A stretch of 37,037 nucleotides of DNA, taken from positions 1-37,037 of the forward strand of contig JBKHIF010000004.1 in assembly GCA_046538795.1 (NCBI GenBank), read 5' to 3'. The translations under genes were made by a program, and so were the position numbers. The notes beneath the pieces were generated by a model. That model worked only from the letters and a program-made list of their open reading frames with translations, was not told the origin of the DNA and searched no databases. This document shows, one piece after another, positions 8,459 to 17,139 of the stretch. How positions within the stretch are numbered: the first letter of the stretch is position 1; every line of letters begins with the position of its first letter. Source of the DNA: Candidatus Woesearchaeota archaeon (lineage in GTDB: Archaea > Nanobdellota > Nanobdellia > Woesearchaeales > CAZJJJ01).

Positions 8459-8725
8459 CTAGAAAATCTGCCTTTGAATTCTTTTTGATTCTTCAAAAAT
8501 ATCTTTGAAAACCCTTTCTGCAAAAGCCTCATCAAGCTTTTTTGCCTTGGCGATAGAAATTCTTTTTTTAAGTGATTCCTCGTCGTATTTTACATCTATT
8601 ATTGGAATCTTATGATGTTTTTTGTATTCAGCCATGTCCTCGACCACAGAAAACCGATCGGATATAAGAGAAAGTATGTCAGAATCAATCTTGTCTATCT
8701 TGTTCCTGAAATCTTCAAGGCTCAT
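8459..8725 (-). CDS. Stand-alone chorismate mutase type II (AroQ-like) domain
   Basis: LEDFRNKIDKIDSDILSLISDR...YKK...PIID...IFEESKRIQ. Confidence 0.85.
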   Translation of the reverse strand: MSLEDFRNKIDKIDSDILSLISDRFSVVEDMAEYKKHHKIPIIDVKYDEESLKKRISIAKAKKLDEAFAERVFKDIFEESKRIQRQIF

Positions 8726-8815
8726 TGTTTCCTCATCAAAGAGATATATATTAATTGTATATTGAGCTCATTAATATAGTTTTTGATAAAAGAAAAATAA
8801 ACAAAAAACTAACTT

Positions 8816-9235
8816 TCAGATTGTTCTTGTCATAAGCACAAACTTGTTTTCAGGAGAAAACCCCATGTTCTCAAAAAATTTCAGGGTCTTTTTTTCCTTG
8901 TCAGATGTCTGTAGAGCGATATCACATATGTTCATCTTCTTGCATTCATTCATGTGTTTGTTGACAAGAGCCTCTCTTATCTCTTCGTCGTTTTCTTCGG
9001 GATGAACTACGACATGTATTATTTTTGAGAATTGAATCCTTGCGTCAACATCTGCAAGAAGAATTCCTTTGCAATTTCCCTGGTCTTCTGCAACAAAGAC
9101 AAAACCTCCCCTGATCACAGACTTGAAGTATTCTTTTCCAAGAGTGTGCCCATGCACTGTTGTTGTTGAATTTGCCTCCCTGACAAAGTTAGAAAGAACA
9201 TCTAAATCTTTTTGGTTAGCGCGTCTTATTTTCAC
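8816..9235 (-). CDS. GNAT-family acetyltransferase
   Basis: KIRRANQKDL, FVAED, HVVVHPE, KFFENMGF; GTG start with gaggtgggg SD; acetyl-CoA loop looks degenerate. Confidence 0.75.
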   Translation of the reverse strand: MKIRRANQKDLDVLSNFVREANSTTTVHGHTLGKEYFKSVIRGGFVFVAEDQGNCKGILLADVDARIQFSKIIHVVVHPEENDEEIREALVNKHMNECKKMNICDIALQTSDKEKKTLKFFENMGFSPENKFVLMTRTI

Positions 9236-9368
9236 TGTAACACCCCACCTCGCGTTAACAAGGAGAATCTTATGTTTTTTAAAAAGTTTATGTTCATCAA
9301 AACCTTACTTTAAAGAAGTCAGATTGTTCACCAAAAGAATTATAAGCCTGTTTTCATGCTTAATTTTC

Positions 9369-9650
9369 ATGTTGCGCATATCTATAATCAAATTGGGTAT
9401 TGCAGTTATGGTTCTTGGGATGGCGATTATAGTTGTTGGCAGTTTTTTTGATAAAAGCTTCTTCAGACGATCCTCAAGTATATCTGCTGATTCAGTAAAA
9501 GAGTCAGGAAACAAGGTATCTTTCTTTGGAATTTTCGGTTTTATACCTTTTGGCTTTTCAAACGACAAAAAACTTTTTATGGTGACCCTGATCACAGGAA
9601 TGATCTTTTTCCTCTCCGCGATGCTTTTATATGTTGTGAACAGGACTTAG
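9369..9650 (+). CDS. Small membrane protein, DUF131/TIGR00304-like
   Basis: Two hydrophobic helices flanking FFGIFGFIPFGFSNDK; in-frame ATG 9369 (track's 9069 start overlaps the GNAT gene). Confidence 0.6.
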   Translation: MLRISIIKLGIAVMVLGMAIIVVGSFFDKSFFRRSSSISADSVKESGNKVSFFGIFGFIPFGFSNDKKLFMVTLITGMIFFLSAMLLYVVNRT

Positions 9651-9776
9651 GATATTTAATCTAAAGAGAAATTCTACAAAGACTTTTTAATCGTAAAATT
9701 TTTATATATTTTATTTCACCCTCAATTATGTTATTGACAAAAATATTATCTTTATTATTCTATGAGGTGGTTTTTG

Positions 9777-10790
9777 ATGGCAGGGAATAATCCGGGGAAA
9801 TACACAGACAAAGAGATATCATCGCTTAACAAGATATCAGAAGAATATTCTCTTGAACTTGAAAAAGTTCTTTCAGAGATGCAGACAGTTATAGTAGGCC
9901 AGGGAACTGCCATGAGAAAGCTTCTTATAGCCCTTATCTCAGGAGGTCATGTTCTTATGGAAGGTGTGCCGGGGCTTGCTAAAACTCTTATGATAAAGAC
10001 TATGTCAGACTGCCTGGGTGCTGGTTTTGTCAGGCTTCAGTTCACTCCTGACCTCCTTCCCGCAGATATAATCGGAACAAAGATATACAACCAAAAGACA
10101 CTATTTTTTACTACAAAAAAGGGTCCTATATTTTCTAATTTCATACTTGCAGATGAGATTAACAGGGCTCCTCCAAAAGTCCAGTCTGCGCTTCTTGAAG
10201 CAATGCAGGAAAAGCAAGTGACTATTCAGGGAGAGACATTCATTCTGGAAAAACCATTCCTTGTCCTTGCGACCCAGAACCCTATCGAAAGCGAGGGGAC
10301 ATACAAGCTTCCTGAAGCCCAGGTAGACAGGTTCATGTTCAAGATACTTATAACATATCCTTCAAAAGAGGAAGAGAAAATAATAATAGAACGATTCACT
10401 CAGGGAATAGATATGTCACCCAGGAAGCTTCTGGATAAGAAAAAAATACTTGAGCTTCAGGATTTCTGCCCTAAGGTCTATGCTGACAATTCTATTGAAG
10501 AATATGTTTCAGATATAGTGGATGCAACCAGGCATCCGGAAAATCATGATTTGGATATGGGCGGGTATATTGAGTTTGGGGCATCTCCAAGAGCATCTAT
10601 CTGGCTCATACTTGCAGCAAAGGCAAATGCCATACTTGAAGGAAGAGGATATGTTATTCCTGAAGATATAAAATCTGTTGCTCACGATGTCCTCAGGCAT
10701 AGGGTCATACTTACATATGAAGCAGAAGCAGAAGATATCTCGCCTGATGATGTGATAGACAATATACTTGATAATATAAGGGTCCCTTGA
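9777..10790 (+). CDS. moxR: MoxR-family AAA+ ATPase
   Basis: GHVLMEGVPGLAKT, RLQFTPDLLPADIIG, LADEINRAPPKVQSALLEAMQE, ATQNPIE, GASPRA; gaggtgg SD before ATG 9777. Confidence 0.95.
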   Translation: MAGNNPGKYTDKEISSLNKISEEYSLELEKVLSEMQTVIVGQGTAMRKLLIALISGGHVLMEGVPGLAKTLMIKTMSDCLGAGFVRLQFTPDLLPADIIGTKIYNQKTLFFTTKKGPIFSNFILADEINRAPPKVQSALLEAMQEKQVTIQGETFILEKPFLVLATQNPIESEGTYKLPEAQVDRFMFKILITYPSKEEEKIIIERFTQGIDMSPRKLLDKKKILELQDFCPKVYADNSIEEYVSDIVDATRHPENHDLDMGGYIEFGASPRASIWLILAAKANAILEGRGYVIPEDIKSVAHDVLRHRVILTYEAEAEDISPDDVIDNILDNIRVP

Positions 10791-10844
10791 TTTTTTGAGA
10801 CAATATTTATTTGTTTTATTTCTTTTTAAGATGCAAAAATTAAG

Positions 10845-11729
10845 ATGCAAAAAACAAAAGATATACTAAAAGAGGTAAGGAAGCTTGAATTCAGGACAAA
10901 GAATCTTGTAGATGGACTTATTTCAGGAGCATATCATTCTGTTTTCAGAGGAAGGGGAATAGAATTTTCAGAGGTGCGCGAGTATGTTCCCGGGGATGAT
11001 GTAAGAACAATCGACTGGAATGTGACTGCAAGGATGAATGAACCATACGTCAAAGAATATATAGAGGAAAGAGACCTTACGATATACATAGTATTTGACA
11101 TATCTGCTTCTGGCGAATTTGGCAATATTAGATCAAAAAAACAGACAGCACTTGAGATCGCTGCATCATTTATGTTCTCAGCCCTAAGGAACAACGATAA
11201 TATATCTCTTGTGCTTTTCAGCGAGGATATTGAGAAATATTTTCCTCCGAAAAAGGGCAAGAGACATGTGTTAAGGCTCGTAAGAGAGATGATTTATACA
11301 GAACCTGAGAAAAAGGGAACCAATATCACAGATACTCTTAAGGCTCTTTCAAGGCTAATCCATAAAAGAAGCATTATTTTCCTGATCTCAGATTTCATGT
11401 CAAAAGATGATTTTTCGAAAGGACTTAAGATACTTAAAAAAAGAAATGATGTTATTTCAATAGTGCTTCAGGATGATGTTGAAAGGGATTTTCCTGACAT
11501 AGGTTTAGTTGAGCTTGAAGATGAAGAGACTGGCGAACAGATGCTTGTCGATACTTCAGATGAGCAATTTAGGAAGAACTATGTAAATATCGTAAAGGAT
11601 CATTATGATAATATTACTAAAATACTAAAGAAGCTGAAAGTAGATTCTGTGATGGTTGATACAGGAAAAAGCTTTGAGCTTCCTTTAAGAAAATTTTTTA
11701 GATACAGAGAGAAGATGATAAACAGGTGA
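10845..11729 (+). CDS. DUF58-family (vWA-like) protein
   Basis: GAYHSVFRGRGIEFSEVREYVPGDDVRTIDWNVTAR, DISAS, ISDF; follows moxR. Confidence 0.92.
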   Translation: MQKTKDILKEVRKLEFRTKNLVDGLISGAYHSVFRGRGIEFSEVREYVPGDDVRTIDWNVTARMNEPYVKEYIEERDLTIYIVFDISASGEFGNIRSKKQTALEIAASFMFSALRNNDNISLVLFSEDIEKYFPPKKGKRHVLRLVREMIYTEPEKKGTNITDTLKALSRLIHKRSIIFLISDFMSKDDFSKGLKILKKRNDVISIVLQDDVERDFPDIGLVELEDEETGEQMLVDTSDEQFRKNYVNIVKDHYDNITKILKKLKVDSVMVDTGKSFELPLRKFFRYREKMINR

Positions 11730-11730
11730 A

Positions 11731-12690
11731 ATGACAATGGCTGGTTTCAATAATCCATGGGTGCTTGTATTGCTTTTGATAGTTCCAATCCTATATTATC
11801 TTTACAGGATGATGCTTTCTAAGAAGAAACAGCAGGCAATGAAATTCAGTCATATAGGATTTGTGAAATCTGCTCTGGGAGACAAGAAAAAGCTTTCCAG
11901 AACAAACATGCTTTTCTATCTTTCCCTGCTTGCAATCGCTTTGATGATTGTGGGGTTTTCTGATCCTCATATACCTCTTGAGCAAGAAAAAGAAGGTGTG
12001 AATGTAATACTTGTGATAGACATATCCGGAAGTATGCAGGCAACAGATTATGATCCGACAAGGCTTGAAGCTGCAAAAGAATCTGCAGAGATAGTCTTGA
12101 AGTCTCTTAAGCCAAATGATCATGCAGGAATAGTTGTCTTTGAATCAGGAGCGACAACTGCTGCTTACTTAAGTCCTTTCAAGAATAAGGTAATAAGCAA
12201 GCTTGAATCAATAGCCACGCGTGAAGGAAGAACTGCTGTGGGAGACGAGATTAGTCTTGGCGTTGACATGGCAACCTCTATACCAAACAAGAAAAAAGTT
12301 ATCATACTCCTTAGCGATGGAGTGAACAATGCAGGAGTCATATCTCCTGAAGAAGCAATAGCTTTTGCAAAAGCAAGCAAGATACAGACATATACAATAG
12401 GCATGGGATCAGAAGAGCCTGTTGTCCTTGGCTATGACTGGTTTGGAAATCCCCAATATGCAGAGCTTGACGAAGCTACTCTGAAGCTTATCGCAGAGCA
12501 GACTGGAGGGAAATACTTCAAGTCAGTAGATACAAAGACTCTTGATGACATATACAAGAACATAAGCGAAGATATCGAGCGCGAAGAGGAAGAAACGCCT
12601 ATCGGCAAATGGTTCTTTGGAGCAGCGCTTATTGTCCTTTTTATACAGATCTACTTGAGATATAGTTCAAAGCACAGGATACTTCAATGA
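11731..12690 (+). CDS. BatA-like membrane-anchored vWA protein
   Basis: N-terminal TM pair, MIDAS DISGS, TRLEAAK, LLSDGVNNAG, YTIGMG, LDEATLKLIAEQTGGKYF, C-terminal TM. Confidence 0.9.
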   Translation: MTMAGFNNPWVLVLLLIVPILYYLYRMMLSKKKQQAMKFSHIGFVKSALGDKKKLSRTNMLFYLSLLAIALMIVGFSDPHIPLEQEKEGVNVILVIDISGSMQATDYDPTRLEAAKESAEIVLKSLKPNDHAGIVVFESGATTAAYLSPFKNKVISKLESIATREGRTAVGDEISLGVDMATSIPNKKKVIILLSDGVNNAGVISPEEAIAFAKASKIQTYTIGMGSEEPVVLGYDWFGNPQYAELDEATLKLIAEQTGGKYFKSVDTKTLDDIYKNISEDIEREEEETPIGKWFFGAALIVLFIQIYLRYSSKHRILQ

Positions 12691-12691
12691 G

Positions 12692-14092
12692 GTGATCGTT
12701 ATGAATTCAAAAATTATGTCGGGCATGGTATTAATTTTTGTTATGTTCATCTCTGTTCCGGTTTTTGCAGAAGAATTGGTTGTAGAAAAAGTCATACTTG
12801 AAGATGACATATCTGTCGGAAAGAATCTTACTTTCGGCCTTCGATTTCTTAATCCTTACGGCAAGCAGGTAGAGCTTGAGATCGTCGATAAGAATGTTGT
12901 TGATGGAAGCGGCATGGACATACAATGCCTTGAATATTTACTGCCTCCTGAGCCAGATGTTGTTGTCGCCTATTCTCCTATATTCCTCCAGACAGAAGGC
13001 CAGTTTGAGGTTGATTCTGCAACAGTGACCTACACTGATCCTGATACTGGCGAAGAAAAAAAGACAAAATCAAACAGGCTTTCTTTTGAAGTACTTGAAG
13101 GGAGTGCAAAAAGCGTCAGGAAGAGCGAAATAACTACAGTATATCAGTGCAACGGGCACAACATCCAGTCCACCTCAAGTTCATCTATGCAGATCAAGAC
13201 TGAGGGAAGCCAGAATAACGATCAGAAAAAAGAGAAATCTTCTATAGAAGAAGAGATACAGACGATGCAGGAACAGATGCAACAGCAGATGCAGCAAGAA
13301 CAGCAGACATCAGGTTCACAGCGCGTACAGAACAATCAGCTCAATCAGGATGCAAATGCGCTTAAGAACCAGATGCAAAAAGAGATGCAGAAGATGCAGG
13401 AGATGCAACGAGAGTTTGAAGAAAATATTGCATCGTCGCAAGAGTTTAGAAAAGAACATCAGAAACTCACACAGCAGGGATTTAATCTTACAGAAGGATC
13501 ATTAAATCCTGAAACTAATTCAACAGGAGATTTTGAATTTACCTATCAGGATGAATCAGGGGATGAAATGAAAATGGCCGGCAGGATGGAAAACAATACC
13601 ATGAAAGAGCTGGAAGTCGAGAAAATTATTTTTGAAGATGACATTCCTGAAGAAGAGGATGAAAGAAAGATAAGCTGGTGGGTAGCTCTTCTTGCTCTTG
13701 GTATTGTTGCTATTTACATCGTATCAAAGAATAAAAACACAGATAATATTTTAAAAAAAGAAGAAGTGACTAAACAAGAATTTGACTACAGAAAAGAGGC
13801 ATTATCTATCCTTGATTCAGCAGTAAAGTCATGGGACAAAGGACTAAAGAAAGATGCCTTCATGAAAGTATCATCTGCATTAAGATTTTATTATATCCAT
13901 GATCTTGATATCAAAAAAGAGAGTACCAATTCAGAGATAGTAAATTTTCTGAAATCAACTGCACATGGTCATATGCCTGTTAAAAGATGTCTTGATCTTT
14001 GCTCTTTAGTTGAATTTGCAAAAAAAGATCCAACAGAAAAAGAGTTCAAAAATGCTGAGAATTTTATCAGGAAGAAGATTGGCGGTAAATGA
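12692..14092 (+). CDS. Secreted, single-pass membrane protein of the MoxR/Bat operon with Q/M-rich coiled coil
   Basis: Signal peptide, beta-rich domain, Q-rich tract, TM helix WWVALLALGIVAIYIV, C-terminal LVEFAK domain; start GTG 12692 or ATG 12701. Confidence 0.75.
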   Translation: MIVMNSKIMSGMVLIFVMFISVPVFAEELVVEKVILEDDISVGKNLTFGLRFLNPYGKQVELEIVDKNVVDGSGMDIQCLEYLLPPEPDVVVAYSPIFLQTEGQFEVDSATVTYTDPDTGEEKKTKSNRLSFEVLEGSAKSVRKSEITTVYQCNGHNIQSTSSSSMQIKTEGSQNNDQKKEKSSIEEEIQTMQEQMQQQMQQEQQTSGSQRVQNNQLNQDANALKNQMQKEMQKMQEMQREFEENIASSQEFRKEHQKLTQQGFNLTEGSLNPETNSTGDFEFTYQDESGDEMKMAGRMENNTMKELEVEKIIFEDDIPEEEDERKISWWVALLALGIVAIYIVSKNKNTDNILKKEEVTKQEFDYRKEALSILDSAVKSWDKGLKKDAFMKVSSALRFYYIHDLDIKKESTNSEIVNFLKSTAHGHMPVKRCLDLCSLVEFAKKDPTEKEFKNAENFIRKKIGGK

Positions 14093-14561
14093 AATCTACT
14101 GCTTCTTCTTTTTTTTCTGGAGACAGTATACTTTCTAATCTTTTCTGGGCTTCAATTATATTTTCAATTGTCTGCTTATTTTCTCCAACGCTTTTTTTCA
14201 AGTCAAGATTATCATGATACAAAAATGATGTGGAGAAGAAATGTGTTGTCTGAGTCTTTATGCCAAGGTCGTGAGCGATCATTTCTGCAGCTTTTATGTA
14301 AGTGTCATTCAAATGATAAGATTCTTTTCCTTTAACAGAAACATTTGTAAGCTGTCCTTTGTCTGAAAGGCTGTATGATAACTCTATTTTGTTTCCATAT
14401 ATTTTTTCATAGGTCTCATAATCTTCAGGTCCTAAAAATATTTTTCTTAACAGACTTTTGCTTTTTTCCCTTTCCAGCTTGTCCTTATGTTTTTTATGCA
14501 TATCAATTATTTTTGGAGCGTAATCTTTTACTATTTCGACAAGTTTTTGGTAGCTGTCCAT
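14067..14561 (-). CDS. Hypothetical protein
   Basis: 164-aa ORF with ATG start; 3' end overlaps the convergent gene. Confidence 0.6.
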   Translation of the reverse strand: MDSYQKLVEIVKDYAPKIIDMHKKHKDKLEREKSKSLLRKIFLGPEDYETYEKIYGNKIELSYSLSDKGQLTNVSVKGKESYHLNDTYIKAAEMIAHDLGIKTQTTHFFSTSFLYHDNLDLKKSVGENKQTIENIIEAQKRLESILSPEKKEEAVDFIYRQSSS

Positions 14562-14585
14562 CGTAATCTGTGGTTTTGGATTGAT

Positions 14586-15233
14586 TTAAATAGCTAATCT
14601 TTTGATAAGATCAGGATCGATAGAATCAAAGTTCTTTAGTATGACTGAAGCATCGCTTAAGTTCTGTGTCTTTGTAAATTCATTTGGTACTGCAATAACT
14701 TTCATCCCAGCATCATTTGCAGCTTCTATGCCTGCTCTTGAATTGTCTATCACGATACAGTCATGAGGTGATCGTCTTAGTTTTTGCGCGCAAAGAAACA
14801 AGCCTTCAGGATCTGGCTTCTGGCTATGTATATCATCTCCAAAAACGATCTCTTCAAAATAGAAAGATAGGTTTAGCTGCCTTAGTATGAGCGATGCCAT
14901 GTCTTTTGATGAAGATGTTATGAGCCCTAAAGAGAAATCTTTGTAAAGTCTTTTTATGCAGTCTATTATGCCTTCTCTTGGCTTGTTCTGGTTTGTCTTT
15001 ATTCTTTCTTTTTTGTATTCAATACATTCTTTTGCAAGCTTGCTTGCTTTAGAATGGTCTTTTCCAAGAAAATCTTTCAAAGACTCTTTTATTTTTTTGC
15101 CGAGGAAGTATTCCTTATAGGTTTCTTCAGAGATTGCATAGTTTTCTTTAGCCAGGACATCTTTGATTATTCTGTAATTAAACTGTTCTGACTCAATAAT
15201 TACCCCGTCCAGTTCAAATATGACTGCTTTCAC
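14586..15233 (-). CDS. HAD-superfamily (beta-PGM/CbbY-like) protein with non-canonical catalytic residues
   Basis: MKAVIFELDGVI, LITSS, KPDPE, VIDNSRAGIEAANDAGM. Confidence 0.85.
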   Translation of the reverse strand: MKAVIFELDGVIIESEQFNYRIIKDVLAKENYAISEETYKEYFLGKKIKESLKDFLGKDHSKASKLAKECIEYKKERIKTNQNKPREGIIDCIKRLYKDFSLGLITSSSKDMASLILRQLNLSFYFEEIVFGDDIHSQKPDPEGLFLCAQKLRRSPHDCIVIDNSRAGIEAANDAGMKVIAVPNEFTKTQNLSDASVILKNFDSIDPDLIKRLAI

Positions 15234-15269
15234 AAGTATTAGGGAAGTTGTCTTTGCTTTTATTCTTTT

Positions 15270-15446
15270 TTATGAGAGCTTGTTTATTATTTTCTCGACA
15301 AAGTTTTCATATTTTACTTCTGCAGCGAATTGTTCCAGATTTTGGTTTAGAAGGTTTTCGTTTTCTCTTATTTCTTCAAGGTGTTTGTTAAGTATAGAAA
15401 CTATAAGTTCTTTTTCGTTTTTTGTAAGTTCTGAAATTTTTATCAC
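15270..15446 (-). CDS. Small helical protein (58 aa) missed by the ORF track
   Basis: Open frame (M)IKISELTKNEKELIVSILNKHLEEIRENENLLNQNLEQFAAEVKYENFVEKIINKLS*; purine-rich coding-like strand, co-oriented with the HAD gene. Confidence 0.6.
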   Translation of the reverse strand: MIKISELTKNEKELIVSILNKHLEEIRENENLLNQNLEQFAAEVKYENFVEKIINKLS

Positions 15447-15579
15447 CTTAATTTTCAGAGATTGTATTTGATTAAATAATTTTCTTTTTCCTGCTTAAAC
15501 ATAAAATATAAAAATGAGTTTTACATAATAATTTTTATCATAAAAAATTGGATGAACTTTCATGTGTGGGGTGATAAAC

Positions 15580-15756
15580 ATGAAATATCCGGGTAAAGAA
15601 AAAAGGCTTTCCAAAAAGGCGCAGAAAAAAATAGAGTCTTTTTTGGATATGCAGGATTGGAACAAATTCTATGAGGACCGTATCTTTGGCGGACAGATTT
15701 TTGAAGAAGCCAAAAGGATTGAGGATGACCTTCATAACAGAATAGGAGAGATTTAG
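15580..15756 (+). CDS. Small hypothetical protein (58 aa)
   Basis: ATG 15580 preceded by SD ggggtga. Confidence 0.55.
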   Translation: MKYPGKEKRLSKKAQKKIESFLDMQDWNKFYEDRIFGGQIFEEAKRIEDDLHNRIGEI

Positions 15757-15802
15757 ATTTTTTGATGTTGTGCGGTAATTTGCCGCACTATTATTTTTTA
15801 TT

Positions 15803-16195
15803 CTATAATTCTTCACCAAACTCATAGTCTATTATGTCAAGAAGTCTTTTATATCTTTGATGTTCAAATTGTTTCTGGAGTTTTATAAGCCTGTTCTTTT
15901 CTGATATATAGCCTTGATCCATTCTTTCTTGTTCGGCCTGGGCAATGGATAGGTGCTTTTCTATGTCTGATCTTTCTTCAAGTCTTGAAAGCGCACTGTA
16001 AAAATCTTCTGTTTCAGGCTCGCTCTCTTTTATGACATCATCGATAACTTCCTGAAGATAGATATTTCTTGGCCTGCACATCATCTCTTTATATCCGTCT
16101 ATTATTGAATCTACTTTATGTCCCATATATTCATCCCCAAGAAATCTAAGTATGTTCCTTGATCTTGATTCTCCTATTATATCATCTTTTTCCAT
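15803..16195 (-). CDS. Hypothetical protein
   Basis: 130-aa ORF, TATA-like ttatat shortly upstream. Confidence 0.65.
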   Translation of the reverse strand: MEKDDIIGESRSRNILRFLGDEYMGHKVDSIIDGYKEMMCRPRNIYLQEVIDDVIKESEPETEDFYSALSRLEERSDIEKHLSIAQAEQERMDQGYISEKNRLIKLQKQFEHQRYKRLLDIIDYEFGEEL

Positions 16196-16254
16196 AATGC
16201 TTTTTTGGATTTTAGATCATATATAAAATTGATATTGAACCTGAGAAATTAGAG

Positions 16255-16680
16255 TCATAAGTTGCTGTAAGGTATCATACTTACAACCTTTGCTTTATCA
16301 TAGTTTAATCCTTTAGTGATAAGGTCGTCAAGATGTATGGAGTTTTCTGGTCCCTTCTCTTTCTTGTGCCAAATTATGTCATGTGTTATTAGCTTGTTAA
16401 GTATCCTGTAGTAATAGGGTGTTTCAAATGATTCGTTTGTAAGTGTATTTTCATTTTCTTCATCAAGAATATCTTTAAGTCTCCTTACAGTTATTGTTTC
16501 ATTTGTTTCAAGAAGTTCCTGTAAGTAGGGCATGAGCTTAAGTTCTTCATATCCAAAACGTTTTGGAATATATTTTTGACCTTTAGGAATTATTATGAGG
16601 CCCCTACCTCCATTTACTGAATTCTCAATAGATTTTCTGAAATTGAATACATTTATTGTTGGATATTTTTCTACTGACAT
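16255..16680 (-). CDS. Hypothetical protein
   Basis: ORF starting MSVEK at ATG 16680 after aagtga; no family recognised. Confidence 0.6.
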   Translation of the reverse strand: MSVEKYPTINVFNFRKSIENSVNGGRGLIIIPKGQKYIPKRFGYEELKLMPYLQELLETNETITVRRLKDILDEENENTLTNESFETPYYYRILNKLITHDIIWHKKEKGPENSIHLDDLITKGLNYDKAKVVSMIPYSNL

Positions 16681-16887
16681 TTTTATCACTTTTTTGTGAT
16701 TACTTTTATTTAAGCTTATCGCTTAATTCGGTATATTTTTATTGTTTTAGGGTTTAATTTTTTTCATGTAGTTTATCTTTCCTATAGTTGGAATTTATCT
16801 TGTTTTTTTAGTTTATTTTCTATACAGAACGATTTCTCTTCAAAAAAACTATTTAAGAAGTATAAGAAACATCCTAAAGGTTATTAT

Positions 16888-17139
16888 ATGGGACTGAGTA
16901 TTGCCATGTTTCTTCCATTGGGTATTGCTTTTGGGCTTCCTTTTGATAATATAGCAGTGGGATTTCCTTTGGCTGTTGCGATAGGTGTTGGTGTTGGATC
17001 CGGCTGGGAAAAACAGCATGAGAAAGAGTTAAGGGAACCGACAAACGAAGAGAATAACCTTGAAAACGAAGCAATGATATATAGTTTTATAGGAACTTTG
17101 ATCGTTGTGATGGTGCTTGTTGTTACAATGATCAGTTGA
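16888..17139 (+). CDS. Small glycine-rich membrane protein
   Basis: Hydrophobic segments with AIGVGVGSG glycine zipper and a C-terminal TM. Confidence 0.6.
   Translation: MGLSIAMFLPLGIAFGLPFDNIAVGFPLAVAIGVGVGSGWEKQHEKELREPTNEENNLENEAMIYSFIGTLIVVMVLVVTMIS

Noticed and set aside
9069..9368. N-terminal extension of the 193-aa plus-strand ORF
   Set aside because: Overlaps the GNAT gene on the opposite strand; the plausible membrane protein begins at ATG 9369.
15220..15471. 83-aa plus-strand ORF in the track
   Set aside because: It is the antisense shadow of the more protein-like 58-aa minus-strand frame at 15270-15446.
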